From: an uncultured Desulfarculus sp.
GTDB lineage: Bacteria; Desulfobacterota; Desulfarculia; Desulfarculales; Desulfarculaceae
Direction: 5' to 3'
NCBI GenBank assembly: GCA_963665125.2
Contig: CAXXUK010000001.1
Location: forward strand, 576,001 to 640,000
DNA length: 64,000 nt
Shown: one piece after another, positions 20,601 through 30,422 of the stretch
Position numbering within the stretch: position 1 is the first letter of the stretch
Layout of the letters: the number at the start of each line of letters is the position of its first letter
Notes under the pieces: generated by a model
Told to the model about the DNA's origin: nothing
The model's input: the letters and a program-made list of their open reading frames with translations, nothing else
The model's database searches: none
Program-made: the position numbers and the translations under genes

Positions 20601-20643
20601 GCCGCTATGTTTAGCGGTGAAAGATTGACATAAAGGAGTCGCA

Positions 20644-21891
20644 GTGAAGCGCAGGGTGGTTGTCACTGGGGTTGGTTGCGTAACACCCGTAGCCACGGGT
20701 GTGGAAGAGACATGGAGCCGCGTACTTGAAGGTGTCAGCGGCATCGGTCCCATCACGCATTTTGATTCGGAAGGTCTGAAAAGCCAGATCCTTGGTGAAG
20801 TCAATGATTTCAACCCCGAAGATTTTATTGACAAGAAAAAAGTCAAACGCCTGGACCGGTTCATTCACTTTGCCTTGGCTAGCGCAAAGATGTCCTGGGA
20901 TCAGGCCGGGTTTGGCGGGCCACTCAGCGATGAGCAATCTTTCCGTGCCGGTTCGGTCATGGGTGTCGGTCTGGGCGGCATAGCCACCTTGACCGAAAAC
21001 TACGAGGTCGTTAAAAACAAGGGCGCCGACAGGGTCAGTCCATTCTTTATCCCTAGGCTCATCGGCAACATGGCGCCGGGCGCCATTGCCATGGAATACA
21101 ATCTGCGCGGACCAAACCTTTGTGTTTCCACGGCTTGCGCGGCAGGCGCCCACGGCATCGGCGAGTCCATGCGGGCCATCCAATACGGCGGCATGGATAT
21201 CATGGTTGCGGGCGGGGCCGAATCAGTGAGCACCAGAACCACTGTGGCAGGCTTCAACGCGGCCAGGGCCCTGAGTACAAGAAACGACGAGCCCGAAAGA
21301 GCCAGCAGGCCCTTTGACAAAGACCGCGACGGCTTTGTAATGAGCGAAGGCGGCGGTGTGATGGTCATTGAGGAACTGGAACACGCCAAGGCCAGGGGCG
21401 CGACAATTCTGGCCGAGTTGGCGGGATACGGCCTCACCTGCGACGCGTATCATATGACAGCCCCCGACCCGGATGGGGTCGGCACGACCCAGTGCATGCG
21501 CAACGCCCTGCGGGACGCCGGAATGGCCCCGGAGGATATCCAGTACATCAATGCTCACGGCACCAGCACCGGGCTAAACGACGCGGCAGAATCGCTGTCG
21601 ATCCGCAGGGTCTTCGGCAGCCACGCCGATAAACTGGCCGTCAGTTCCACCAAGAGCATGCACGGCCATATGCTCGGGGCCACCGGGGCGGTTGAGGCGG
21701 TATTGACGGTTCTGACCCTCAGAGATCAGATCATGCCGCCGACCATCAACTATGAGACGCAGGATCCGGAATGCGACCTGGATTACGTGCCCAATGTCAA
21801 GCGGGCGGGTCAGATCCAGGCGGCGCTTACCAACTCCTTCGGCTTCGGCGGCACCAACGCTTCATTGGTGCTCAAGCTGTACCAGGATTAG
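20644..21891 (+). CDS. fabF: Beta-ketoacyl-ACP synthase II
   Basis: TACAAG, HGTST, GHMLGA (Cys-His-His triad), NSFGFGGTN. Confidence 0.96.
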   Translation: MKRRVVVTGVGCVTPVATGVEETWSRVLEGVSGIGPITHFDSEGLKSQILGEVNDFNPEDFIDKKKVKRLDRFIHFALASAKMSWDQAGFGGPLSDEQSFRAGSVMGVGLGGIATLTENYEVVKNKGADRVSPFFIPRLIGNMAPGAIAMEYNLRGPNLCVSTACAAGAHGIGESMRAIQYGGMDIMVAGGAESVSTRTTVAGFNAARALSTRNDEPERASRPFDKDRDGFVMSEGGGVMVIEELEHAKARGATILAELAGYGLTCDAYHMTAPDPDGVGTTQCMRNALRDAGMAPEDIQYINAHGTSTGLNDAAESLSIRRVFGSHADKLAVSSTKSMHGHMLGATGAVEAVLTVLTLRDQIMPPTINYETQDPECDLDYVPNVKRAGQIQAALTNSFGFGGTNASLVLKLYQD

Positions 21892-21904
21892 GAAGGCCTT
21901 GGTC

Positions 21905-22348
21905 ATGAAGATTGTCATGGGCTGCGACCACGCAGGACTAAATCTAAAGCAGGAAATAAAAAAGCACCTCGCCGGCCAGGGCCACGAGATAGACGACAAG
22001 GGCGTGCACACGCCTGATTCCACCGACTATCCGGACTGGGCGGCCCAGGTGGCCAAGGCCGTGGCGGCCGGGGAGGCCGATTTCGGCATCCTGGTCTGCG
22101 GTAGCGGCATCGGCATGTCGATCACGGCAAACCGGTTCAAGGGCGTGCGCGCCGTATTGGCTCCGACAAGTGAGCACGCCAAGCTTGGCCGCCAGCACAA
22201 CAACGGCAACGTTTTGTGCCTGGGTGAGCGTCTGACGCCCCTGGACGAGGCCTTGATCATCACCGATACTTTCCTGACCACCGAATTCGAGGGCGGGCGC
22301 CACGAGCGCCGGGTCCAAAAGATAGACACTTTGGCGGAGCAAGGATAG
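21905..22348 (+). CDS. rpiB: Ribose-5-phosphate isomerase B
   Basis: GCDHAG, DYPD, CGSGIGMS, HNNGN, FEGGRH. Confidence 0.96.
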   Translation: MKIVMGCDHAGLNLKQEIKKHLAGQGHEIDDKGVHTPDSTDYPDWAAQVAKAVAAGEADFGILVCGSGIGMSITANRFKGVRAVLAPTSEHAKLGRQHNNGNVLCLGERLTPLDEALIITDTFLTTEFEGGRHERRVQKIDTLAEQG

Positions 22349-22866
22349 TGACCCAAAGGCCGGGCAAGGACGAATATTACCTCAATATAGCCAGGGAGGT
22401 GGCTAGGCGGGGTACTTGCCTGCGCAGACAATACGGAGCGGTCATTGTCAAGGACGACCAGATAGTATCGACGGGGTATGCCGGATCGCCCAGGGGTGTT
22501 GCCAACTGCGTTGATCTGGGCAAGTGCCTGCGCGAGGAACTGGCCATCCCCTCCGGCCAACGCTATGAGCTTTGCCGCTCGGTGCACGCCGAGATGAATG
22601 CGGTGATCCACGCATCCCGGGCCCAGACCCTGGGGGGCAAGCTCTATCTGGCCGGAATTGAAGTCGCCACCGGTGAGCCCACCGAGAGGCCCGAACCCTG
22701 TCTGCTTTGCCGCAGAGTCATCATCAATGCCGGAATCAGCCTGGTAATTACGCAGCCAAAAGGGCAAGCGATCTTGCACACCGACCCTCAAATATGGATA
22801 GATGAGGAGAACAAGGCTGCCGAGGCCGGCAAGCCCGGTCCGGGCGCGATGGTGACACAGTTGTAA
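22348..22866 (+). CDS. dCMP deaminase-like (ComEB family) Zn deaminase
   Basis: TCLRRQYGAV, HAEMNA, PCLLC. Confidence 0.88.
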   Translation: MTQRPGKDEYYLNIAREVARRGTCLRRQYGAVIVKDDQIVSTGYAGSPRGVANCVDLGKCLREELAIPSGQRYELCRSVHAEMNAVIHASRAQTLGGKLYLAGIEVATGEPTERPEPCLLCRRVIINAGISLVITQPKGQAILHTDPQIWIDEENKAAEAGKPGPGAMVTQL

Positions 22867-22885
22867 TCCAGCGGGAGAAGAAGCG

Positions 22886-23359
22886 GTGCGTTGCCCATTT
22901 TGCGGTTATGTGGAAAACAAGGTAGTTGATTCGCGGGTAAGCAAGGACGCCTCCGTGATCAGGCGCCGTCGTCAGTGCCTTGAGTGCGACAAGCGTTTCA
23001 CAACGTATGAAAGGCTTGAGGAACTGGTCACCTATGTGATCAAAAAAGATGGTTCCCGGGAGGTCTACGACCGCAACAAGCTGATGAAAGGCCTGATGAT
23101 CGCCCTGAACAAGCGCCCCGGCATTCGGGCCGATCAAGTGGAAGAGTTTTTGGACAAATTGGAAAACAGTTTTCAGGAGCGCAACGTCCGCGAGGTCCCC
23201 ACAACCGAACTCGGCGAGGCGGTCATGAACAAGCTCCAGGAATGGGACGATGTCGCATATATCCGCTTCGCCAGTGTTTACAAAGACTTCAATAGCCTGG
23301 CGGAGTTCAAGCGTGAACTTGAACGAATCCTGGAATACCGCAAGAACAATAACGCGTAA
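22886..23359 (+). CDS. nrdR: Transcriptional repressor NrdR
   Basis: CPFC...RRRRQCLEC..RFTTYE, ATP-cone, VAYIRFASVY. Confidence 0.97.
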   Translation: MRCPFCGYVENKVVDSRVSKDASVIRRRRQCLECDKRFTTYERLEELVTYVIKKDGSREVYDRNKLMKGLMIALNKRPGIRADQVEEFLDKLENSFQERNVREVPTTELGEAVMNKLQEWDDVAYIRFASVYKDFNSLAEFKRELERILEYRKNNNA

Positions 23360-23365
23360 GTAGCC

Positions 23366-24487
23366 ATGTCTTCCTTCCGGCCCCCCGAGCCCCAAGACGA
23401 ACATTTCATGCGCAGGGCCTTGGCCTTGACCAGGCGCGGCCTGGGCGCCAGCTCGCCCAACCCGGCCGTCGGCGCCGTTGTGGTCCGTGACGGCCTGATC
23501 GTCGGCAAGGGCTGGCACATGAAAAAAGGCCAGCCCCACGCCGAGCCCCTGGCTCTTGCCGATGCCGGCGATGCCGCGCAAGGCGCCACAATTTATGTGA
23601 CCCTGGAACCGTGCAATCACCAGGGCAGCACGCCTCCATGCACCCGGGCTATTCTTGCGGCAGGCATCGGCAGGGTGGTCTACGGCGCCTCGGACCCCAA
23701 CCCCACCGTGGCCGGGGGCGGCGGCGAGTTTCTGGCCCAAAACGGCCTAGGCGTCACGCCGGGGGTGCTGGCCGCCCAATGCGAGCATGAACACCGCTTT
23801 TTCCTGACCCACATCACCAAGGGACGCCCCCACGTAATCCTCAAGACCGCCGCCACCATGGACGGTAAGACCGCCACCCGCATCGGCGACAGCCGCTGGA
23901 TCACAGGGCCAAACGCCAGGCGCTATGTGCACCGGCTGCGTCACTGGTGCGACAGCATCTGCGTGGGCGTGGGCACGGTTATGGCCGACGATCCCCAGCT
24001 CACCTGCCGCCTGCCCGGCGGCCGCGATCCCCTGCGGGTCATCGTGGACAAGCACCTGAGGATGAAAAAAAACGCCAAGGTCTTTGATCCGCAAGCAGGC
24101 GGCGGCTGCCTGGTGGCCTGCGGCCACAGCGCCCCGGAAGATGATGTCCGGGCCCTGCGCGATATCGGCGCGGAAGTGGTGCGTCTGGACGACAATTCAT
24201 CCGGGGGAGTGGATATAACGGCTTTGCTCCGCCACCTCGGGGCCAAGGGCGTCACCAGCATGCTTTTGGAGGGCGGCTCGACCCTGGCCTGGAGCTTCAT
24301 GGAGCACGGCCTGGTGGACGAGGTGATGTACTTCTTCGCACCCAAGATCTGCGGCGGCGTGGATGCCGCGCCCATGCTGGGCGGCGGCGGCGTGGAGCTG
24401 ATGGCCCAGGCCATTGCGTTGGACGGGCTGACCATCCGCCGTTATAATCCAGATGTCTTGCTTTGGGGCTGCGTAAAGCGCGGTTGA
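23366..24487 (+). CDS. ribD: Riboflavin biosynthesis deaminase/reductase RibD
   Basis: PNPAVG, HAE, TLEPCNH...PPC, SRWIT, EGG. Confidence 0.96.
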   Translation: MSSFRPPEPQDEHFMRRALALTRRGLGASSPNPAVGAVVVRDGLIVGKGWHMKKGQPHAEPLALADAGDAAQGATIYVTLEPCNHQGSTPPCTRAILAAGIGRVVYGASDPNPTVAGGGGEFLAQNGLGVTPGVLAAQCEHEHRFFLTHITKGRPHVILKTAATMDGKTATRIGDSRWITGPNARRYVHRLRHWCDSICVGVGTVMADDPQLTCRLPGGRDPLRVIVDKHLRMKKNAKVFDPQAGGGCLVACGHSAPEDDVRALRDIGAEVVRLDDNSSGGVDITALLRHLGAKGVTSMLLEGGSTLAWSFMEHGLVDEVMYFFAPKICGGVDAAPMLGGGGVELMAQAIALDGLTIRRYNPDVLLWGCVKRG

Positions 24488-24543
24488 TGTTCGTATTCTT
24501 TTTTCGCCGGATTCCACGGCGGAATTAAGGGACAGGCCAGCAG

Positions 24544-25197
24544 ATGTTTACCGGACTAGTAGAAGGCGTGGGCCAGATCAGCCGGATTACCCCCAAGGGC
24601 CCGGATGCCGTGTTGGTCATCAAACCGACCTGGAGCATGGATCAAGTCGTGATGGGCGAGTCCGTGGCCGTCAACGGGGCCTGCCTCACCGTCACCGGCA
24701 TCGGCGGCGGCGGTTTCAGTTTGGACGTCTCGGCCGAGACCCTGTCCCGGACCAAGGTCGGCAAGCTGCGCCAGGGCGATCCGGTGAACCTGGAGCGGGC
24801 CATGCAACTGGGCGACAGGCTGGGCGGCCACCTGGTGACAGGCCATGTGGATTGCCTGGGCAAGGTTGTCAGCATTGCCCGGCACGGCGATTCCGTGCGC
24901 CTGGAGATTTCCATTCCGCCGGAGCACCTGCGCTATGTGGTGGAAAAGGGCTCGGTGACCGTCGACGGCGTAAGCCTGACCGTCAATCAGCTCTGGCCGG
25001 ACCGCTTTGGACTCAACATCATCCCCCATACCTGGCAGGAGACCACCCTCCATCTTGTAACGGAAGGCGATTCTGTTAATATTGAGACCGACCTCATAGG
25101 CAAGTACGTGGCCCGGCTCCTGAATCGCGGTGAGAACGACCAGGGGCAAAAGGAAAAAGGCCTAACGGCCGAGGACCTCTTAAGGGCCGGTTTCTGA
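24544..25197 (+). CDS. ribE: Riboflavin synthase (alpha chain)
   Basis: MFTGLVE, GESVAVNGACLT, NLERA, GGHLVTGHVD. Confidence 0.96.
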   Translation: MFTGLVEGVGQISRITPKGPDAVLVIKPTWSMDQVVMGESVAVNGACLTVTGIGGGGFSLDVSAETLSRTKVGKLRQGDPVNLERAMQLGDRLGGHLVTGHVDCLGKVVSIARHGDSVRLEISIPPEHLRYVVEKGSVTVDGVSLTVNQLWPDRFGLNIIPHTWQETTLHLVTEGDSVNIETDLIGKYVARLLNRGENDQGQKEKGLTAEDLLRAGF

Positions 25198-25204
25198 ACA
25201 AGGC

Positions 25205-25711
25205 TTGGTTGGCGTGGCGGCTTCCCTTACATGGTCCGGATATTTTCCCGGCCTGATAGGCCAGCTTACCGAACTGCACGGCAGTTACTACAACCGCTTC
25301 TGGGGCTTTGACGTGTCCTTCGAGGCCCAGGTGGCCACGGAGTTCGCCGCGTTTGCCGGCAGGGTGCGCCGGGGTAGGGACTTGCTGCTGGCTGCCGGCG
25401 ACGACCGGGGCCTGGCCGGTTTCGTTGCCTTGGACGGAGATGCCGGGGAGCCTGGCGCCAGGCTGCGCTGGTTCATAGTGAGGCCCGACATGCAGGGCAG
25501 CGGCCTGGGGCGTGAACTGTTGGAACGGGCCATGGCCTTTGCCGGAGAAAATAATTATAACAGGGTGTACCTTTACACCTTCAGAGGCCTGGACGCCGCC
25601 CGTTCCCTTTACGAGCGCGCCGGGTTCCGGCTGGCCCACGAGGAGGCCCTGGACACCTGGGGCACCCACATAGTTGAGCAGATGTTCGAGACCCGGCCGC
25701 CCGCGGATTGA
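25205..25711 (+). CDS. GNAT family N-acetyltransferase
   Basis: [14 protein letters not shown] acetyl-CoA motif, [10 protein letters not shown]. Start codon uncertain. Confidence 0.82.
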   Translation: MVGVAASLTWSGYFPGLIGQLTELHGSYYNRFWGFDVSFEAQVATEFAAFAGRVRRGRDLLLAAGDDRGLAGFVALDGDAGEPGARLRWFIVRPDMQGSGLGRELLERAMAFAGENNYNRVYLYTFRGLDAARSLYERAGFRLAHEEALDTWGTHIVEQMFETRPPAD

Positions 25712-25752
25712 GCCGCGGCGGAGCGGGCCCGTAATAATAAAAGGAGCAAGCC

Positions 25753-26967
25753 ATGCCTGTGGCCAGGATTGAAGAGGCCATTGAGGACATCAAACAGGGA
25801 AAGATGGTCATCCTGGTCGATGATGAAGACCGGGAGAACGAGGGCGATCTGACCATGGCCGCCGAGATGATCACTCCGGAGGCCATCAACTTCATGGCCA
25901 CCTACGGCCGGGGTCTGATCTGCCTGAGCCTGACCCCTGATATTGTTAATCAGCTGGGCCTCAAACTGATGGTCCGCGATAACGAGTCGCCTTTTGAAAC
26001 AGCATTCACCGTGAGTATCGAGGCCCGCGCCGGCGTAACCACCGGCATCTCCGCGGCCGACCGCGCCCGGACCATCCAGGCGGCGGTGCACCCCGAAGCC
26101 ACGGCCAAGGACATTGTCAGCCCCGGCCATATCTTCCCCCTGCGGGCCCGGCGGGGCGGCGTTTTGGTGCGCACCGGTCAGACCGAGGGCTCGGTGGACC
26201 TGGCCCGTTTGGCGGGCCTGCGCCCGTCGGGCGTGATCTGCGAGATCATGAACGATGACGGCACCATGTCGCGCATGCCAGACCTGGAGAAGTTCGCCGC
26301 AAAACACGACATGAAGATCGTCACCATTGCCGATCTTATCTCCTACCGCATGCGCAACGAGTCGTTCGTCAAGCGCGAGGCCGACGTAAACCTGCCCACG
26401 ATCTTTGGCGATTTTCGGGCCGTGGGCTACAGCAACACGGTTGAAGAAGGCGAGCACGTGGCCCTGGTCAAGGGCGAGATAGACCCTGAAGAGCCAGTTC
26501 TGGTCCGGGTGCACTCCGAATGCCTCACCGGCGACGTGTTCCACTCCCGCCGCTGCGACTGCGGGGACCAGCTTGGACAAGCCCTTAGCCAGATCGAAAG
26601 GGAAGGCAACGGCATCCTGCTGTACATGCGCCAGGAAGGACGGGGCATCGGCCTGCTCAATAAGCTAAAGGCCTATCAACTCCAGGACGAGGGCTATGAC
26701 ACCGTGGAGGCCAACGAGGCCCTGGGCTTCCCGGCCGACATGCGCGACTACGGCATAGGCGCCCAGATTCTGGCCGATCTTGGGGTGCGCAAGATGAGGT
26801 TGATGACCAACAACCCCAAAAAGATGGTCGGCTTGGAAGGCTACGGCCTCTCGGTGGTGGAGCGGGTTCCCCTGGAAATACCAGCCTGCCCGGAAAATGA
26901 GCGCTACCTGCGCACCAAATGCGCGAAGATGGGTCATCTTCTGCACATGGCGGAAAATTTGGATTAG
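25753..26967 (+). CDS. ribBA: Bifunctional DHBP synthase / GTP cyclohydrolase II
   Basis: [39 protein letters not shown]. Confidence 0.97.
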   Translation: MPVARIEEAIEDIKQGKMVILVDDEDRENEGDLTMAAEMITPEAINFMATYGRGLICLSLTPDIVNQLGLKLMVRDNESPFETAFTVSIEARAGVTTGISAADRARTIQAAVHPEATAKDIVSPGHIFPLRARRGGVLVRTGQTEGSVDLARLAGLRPSGVICEIMNDDGTMSRMPDLEKFAAKHDMKIVTIADLISYRMRNESFVKREADVNLPTIFGDFRAVGYSNTVEEGEHVALVKGEIDPEEPVLVRVHSECLTGDVFHSRRCDCGDQLGQALSQIEREGNGILLYMRQEGRGIGLLNKLKAYQLQDEGYDTVEANEALGFPADMRDYGIGAQILADLGVRKMRLMTNNPKKMVGLEGYGLSVVERVPLEIPACPENERYLRTKCAKMGHLLHMAENLD

Positions 26968-26984
26968 GGTAAAGGAGAATTCCC

Positions 26985-27449
26985 ATGGCCAAGGTTCTGG
27001 AAGGCGTACTCAAAGCGGACGGGATGCGCATCGGCATTATCGTGGGCCGCTTCAATGAACTTATCGGCTCCAAGCTGCTGGAAGGCGCTCTGGACTGCCT
27101 GCGCCGTCACGGCTGCGCCGAAGACGACATCACCGTGGCCTGGGTGCCCGGTTCCTTTGAGGTCCCCCTGGCCGCCAGCAAGATGGCCTCCTCGGGCAAA
27201 TACGACGCCATTTTGGCCTTGGGCGCGGTCATCCGCGGCGCCACTCCCCATTTTGACTACGTGGCCGCCGAGGTCAGCAAGGGCGTTGCCCATGTGGCCC
27301 TGGAGACCGGCGTGCCGGTCATTTTCGGCGTATTGACCACCGACACCATTGAGCAGGCCATCGAACGCGCCGGCACCAAGGCGGGCAACAAGGGCGCCGA
27401 TTGCGCCTTGGCCGCCATCGAGATGGTGGACCTGCTGGGGAAATTCTAA
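26985..27449 (+). CDS. ribH: 6,7-dimethyl-8-ribityllumazine synthase
   Basis: [29 protein letters not shown]. Confidence 0.97.
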   Translation: MAKVLEGVLKADGMRIGIIVGRFNELIGSKLLEGALDCLRRHGCAEDDITVAWVPGSFEVPLAASKMASSGKYDAILALGAVIRGATPHFDYVAAEVSKGVAHVALETGVPVIFGVLTTDTIEQAIERAGTKAGNKGADCALAAIEMVDLLGKF

Positions 27450-27455
27450 CCAGCC

Positions 27456-27866
27456 GTGGGCCAACGCAGTCAGAGCCGCGAACTGGCGCTTAAGGTCCTC
27501 TACCAGATGGAGCACGGTGAGCGTGACGCCGAAGAGGCTCTCAAGGTTTTCCAGGAAAACTTTGACGCGCCCGAACGGCTTTTCGTCTATACCGATGAAC
27601 TGGTCAGGGGGATCACGGACAAGCGCCGCACCATCGACGAAAAGCTCAACCAGGTAAGCCGCAAGTGGCGTGTGGAGCGCATGCCCCGCATTGACCGCAG
27701 CATCCTGCGCCTGGCCTGTTACGAGATGTATTTCGCCAAAACCCCGCTGCCCCCAAAGGCCGCCATCACCGAGGCCATTGAATTGGCCAAACGCTATGGC
27801 GAGGATGAATCCCCGGCCTTTGTCAACGCCGTGTTGGATTCGCTGATCAAACAGGGCGACGGCTAA
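27456..27866 (+). CDS. nusB: Transcription antitermination factor NusB
   Basis: RELALKVLY, DRSILR, EAIELAK, FVNAVLD. Confidence 0.95.
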   Translation: MGQRSQSRELALKVLYQMEHGERDAEEALKVFQENFDAPERLFVYTDELVRGITDKRRTIDEKLNQVSRKWRVERMPRIDRSILRLACYEMYFAKTPLPPKAAITEAIELAKRYGEDESPAFVNAVLDSLIKQGDG

Positions 27867-27884
27867 CCAATTGGGCGGGGCAAG

Positions 27885-28529
27885 ATGAGCGCTTCCAGCA
27901 CCTTTCTGAATCTGCCCCCGGAAAAACAGCACCGCATTCTGGACGGGGCCTTGAGCGAGTTTGCCGAAAACGGCTACGCCAAGGCCTCTCTCAATACCCT
28001 GGTGGCCAAACTGGGCATATCCAAGGGCTCGATCTTTCAGTATTTCGGCGATAAGGCCGGGCTGTTTGACGGCGTGTTCGGCCATGCCGTGGAGATGGTC
28101 AAGGACCAGCTGCGCGGCGTGCGTAGCGACAGCGCGGGCCAGGATATCTTCACCCGACTGGAGCAGAGCCTGATCGCCGGTCTGCTGCTGATCCAGGCCC
28201 AGCCGCGCCTGTTCCAGCTGTATCTGCGGATCATGTTCGAAGAGGGCGTGCCCCACCGCTCCGAGCTTCTTTCGGCCGTGCGTTTTTTCTCCAGGGATTA
28301 CATCTTGGATTTGTTGGCCGACGGCATTGCCGCTGGGGAGGTCCGCCCCGGCCTGGATCTCGAGGCCGCGGCTTTTGTCCTGGATGCCGCCCTGGAGCGC
28401 TTTTTGGTCGCCTTCAGCCAACAGCACATGGACACCGGCCTGGACCTGCACAACGCCGACATTGACCGGTCCGCCAAATCGGCGGCCGCGGTGGTGGATG
28501 TGCTGCGCCGGGGCCTGGAGAAGGCCTGA
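27885..28529 (+). CDS. TetR/AcrR family transcriptional regulator
   Basis: N-terminal HTH TFLNLPPEKQHRI...GISKGSIFQYFGDK. Confidence 0.92.
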   Translation: MSASSTFLNLPPEKQHRILDGALSEFAENGYAKASLNTLVAKLGISKGSIFQYFGDKAGLFDGVFGHAVEMVKDQLRGVRSDSAGQDIFTRLEQSLIAGLLLIQAQPRLFQLYLRIMFEEGVPHRSELLSAVRFFSRDYILDLLADGIAAGEVRPGLDLEAAAFVLDAALERFLVAFSQQHMDTGLDLHNADIDRSAKSAAAVVDVLRRGLEKA

Positions 28530-29215
28530 TGCTGATTCTGACCGTGGCCATGCCCCAGGAGGCCCAACTGCTGACAGCGGCCTTGGAGCCGGTCCGGGAC
28601 ATCGGGCGGCGCAAGGTTTACGGGGGGCAATTGTTTTGCGGAGAAGTCCTGCTGGTGCTCACCGGCATGGGCATGGTCAACGCGGCCCAGGCCGCCACGG
28701 CTGTCTTGGAGGCCACGCTCGGGGCAACGGGAATAATCAACCTGGGCTGCGCCGGGGCCTACCGGTCATCGGGTTTGGCCGTGGGCCAGACGGCAATAGC
28801 TGACAAGGTTATTCACGCAGACATGGGCGTGCAGACCGCCCGCCGCCTGCACGGTTTACACAAGATTGGCATCCCCCTTGCCGCATCGTTCGGAGGGGAG
28901 GACATCTATAACGAGATGACCTGCGACCCCATCCTGAGCCGCCGCCTCGGGAATGCCGCGCCCCTGGCCGCCACCGGGTCCTTTGCCACGGTGGGCAGGG
29001 TCAGCGGAGACCCGGCCACCGCCGAGGCCCTGGCTGACCGCTGGCCGGTGATCATCGAGGAAATGGAGGCTGCCGCCGTGGCCCAGGTGGCGGCGCACTA
29101 TGATGTGCCCTTTGCCGCCGTGCGAGGCGTCAGCAACATCGCCGGAGACCGCGGCCTGGATGTGGCCGCCGGGGCCGAGGCCGCCCAAAGGGTGGTCATG
29201 GCCATGGGAGCCTAA
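28529..29215 (+). CDS. mqnB: Futalosine hydrolase (MqnB-like nucleosidase)
   Basis: PNP/MTA nucleosidase fold GMGMVNAA, GCAGAY, EEMEAAA, RGVSN. Adjacent to mqnD. Confidence 0.8.
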   Translation: MLILTVAMPQEAQLLTAALEPVRDIGRRKVYGGQLFCGEVLLVLTGMGMVNAAQAATAVLEATLGATGIINLGCAGAYRSSGLAVGQTAIADKVIHADMGVQTARRLHGLHKIGIPLAASFGGEDIYNEMTCDPILSRRLGNAAPLAATGSFATVGRVSGDPATAEALADRWPVIIEEMEAAAVAQVAAHYDVPFAAVRGVSNIAGDRGLDVAAGAEAAQRVVMAMGA

Positions 29216-29216
29216 A

Positions 29217-30056
29217 TTGTCTGACCGGGAAATCACCTTCGGCTATTCGCCGTGCCCCAACGACACATTCGCCTTTCACGCCCTTACCAACGGATTGGTG
29301 GAAATCCCCGGCATCAAGATAGAGGCCCATTTGGCCGACGTGGAGCGGCTCAACAACATGGCCATGCACGGCGAATTACCCCTGACCAAGCTGAGCTTTC
29401 ACGCCCTGGGGCACGTGCTGGACGACTACGCCCTGCTGCGTAGCGGCGCGGCCCTTGGCCGGGGCTGCGGGCCGCTGATCGTGGCGCGTCCGGGCTTTGA
29501 CCCGGCAAGGCTGGGGCAAACCAAGGTGGCCGTACCGGGCCATCTGACCACCGCCCATCTGCTATTGAGCCTCTACCTGGGCAAAAAGCCGGACGTGGAG
29601 CCCATGGAGTTCAGCACGGTCATGCCCGCCGTGGCCCAGGGGCGCTTCGATGCCGGGCTGATCATCCACGAGGGCCGTTTTACCTATGGCCTGCACAATC
29701 TGGAAAAGGTGGCTGACCTGGGCCAGTGGTGGGAACAAACCACGGGCAGGCCCATCCCCCTGGGCTGCATCGCCGCCCGCCGGGATTTGGGCGCGGAACT
29801 GATCGCCCGGATTGAGGATGCCCTGGCCGCCAGCGTGCGCAAGGCCTGGGCCGACCCCGAGGCCAGCCGGGAATACGTCTTGGCCAATGCCCAGGAAATG
29901 GACCAAGAGGTCGTCGACCAACACATCGCCCTGTATGTAAACGATTTTACGGAGGACTTGGGCGCGGAAGGCCTGGAAGCCGTGGAAGAAGTGTTGGCCA
30001 GGGGCCGGGAAAGCGGCTTGTTGCCGCCGTCCGACCAGCCCCTGCTGATGACCTAA
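29217..30056 (+). CDS. mqnD: 1,4-dihydroxy-6-naphthoate synthase
   Basis: SPCPNDTF, GRGCGP, IIHEGRFTY, PIPLG, HIALYVN. TTG start at 29217. Confidence 0.93.
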   Translation: MSDREITFGYSPCPNDTFAFHALTNGLVEIPGIKIEAHLADVERLNNMAMHGELPLTKLSFHALGHVLDDYALLRSGAALGRGCGPLIVARPGFDPARLGQTKVAVPGHLTTAHLLLSLYLGKKPDVEPMEFSTVMPAVAQGRFDAGLIIHEGRFTYGLHNLEKVADLGQWWEQTTGRPIPLGCIAARRDLGAELIARIEDALAASVRKAWADPEASREYVLANAQEMDQEVVDQHIALYVNDFTEDLGAEGLEAVEEVLARGRESGLLPPSDQPLLMT

Positions 30057-30340
30057 CGCAGTATGGACAGGGCCCGCTCCATGGCTCTGGTCATCACCGA
30101 CTTGGAGGCTTCCCAGCCGTTCTTGAGCTCCTGCCAGGCCTCCGGGCCGCTGTTTTCCAGCCTTTCGAGCTTGTGTTTTGCCTCGGCCATCTTGTTGTGA
30201 AGCTCGGTCTTTTGTTCACGGTAACTCTGCTTTACATCCGCCGAGGCCTCGGAAACACGCTTTTCCAGGTCATGCAGGCGGACCTTCCATTCGTTTAACT
30301 GTTGTTGAGAGTCCCGGAGATAACGTTCCTTGTCACCCAT
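30053..30340 (-). CDS. Small coiled-coil hypothetical protein
   Basis: GGAGG RBS, 95 aa amphipathic helical protein (QLNEWK...AWQELKNGWE). Confidence 0.75.
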   Translation of the reverse strand: MGDKERYLRDSQQQLNEWKVRLHDLEKRVSEASADVKQSYREQKTELHNKMAEAKHKLERLENSGPEAWQELKNGWEASKSVMTRAMERALSILR

Positions 30341-30422
30341 GGTCAATCCTCCCACGAGGAAATAACAACAAAAACAGTTGTACCTATATAAAGTATAAGA
30401 TAGTGGGCGATTGCTTTGAATC

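Noticed and set aside
24488..24543. FMN riboswitch near the rib genes
   Set aside because: The intergenic gaps are too short and no RFN consensus was seen.
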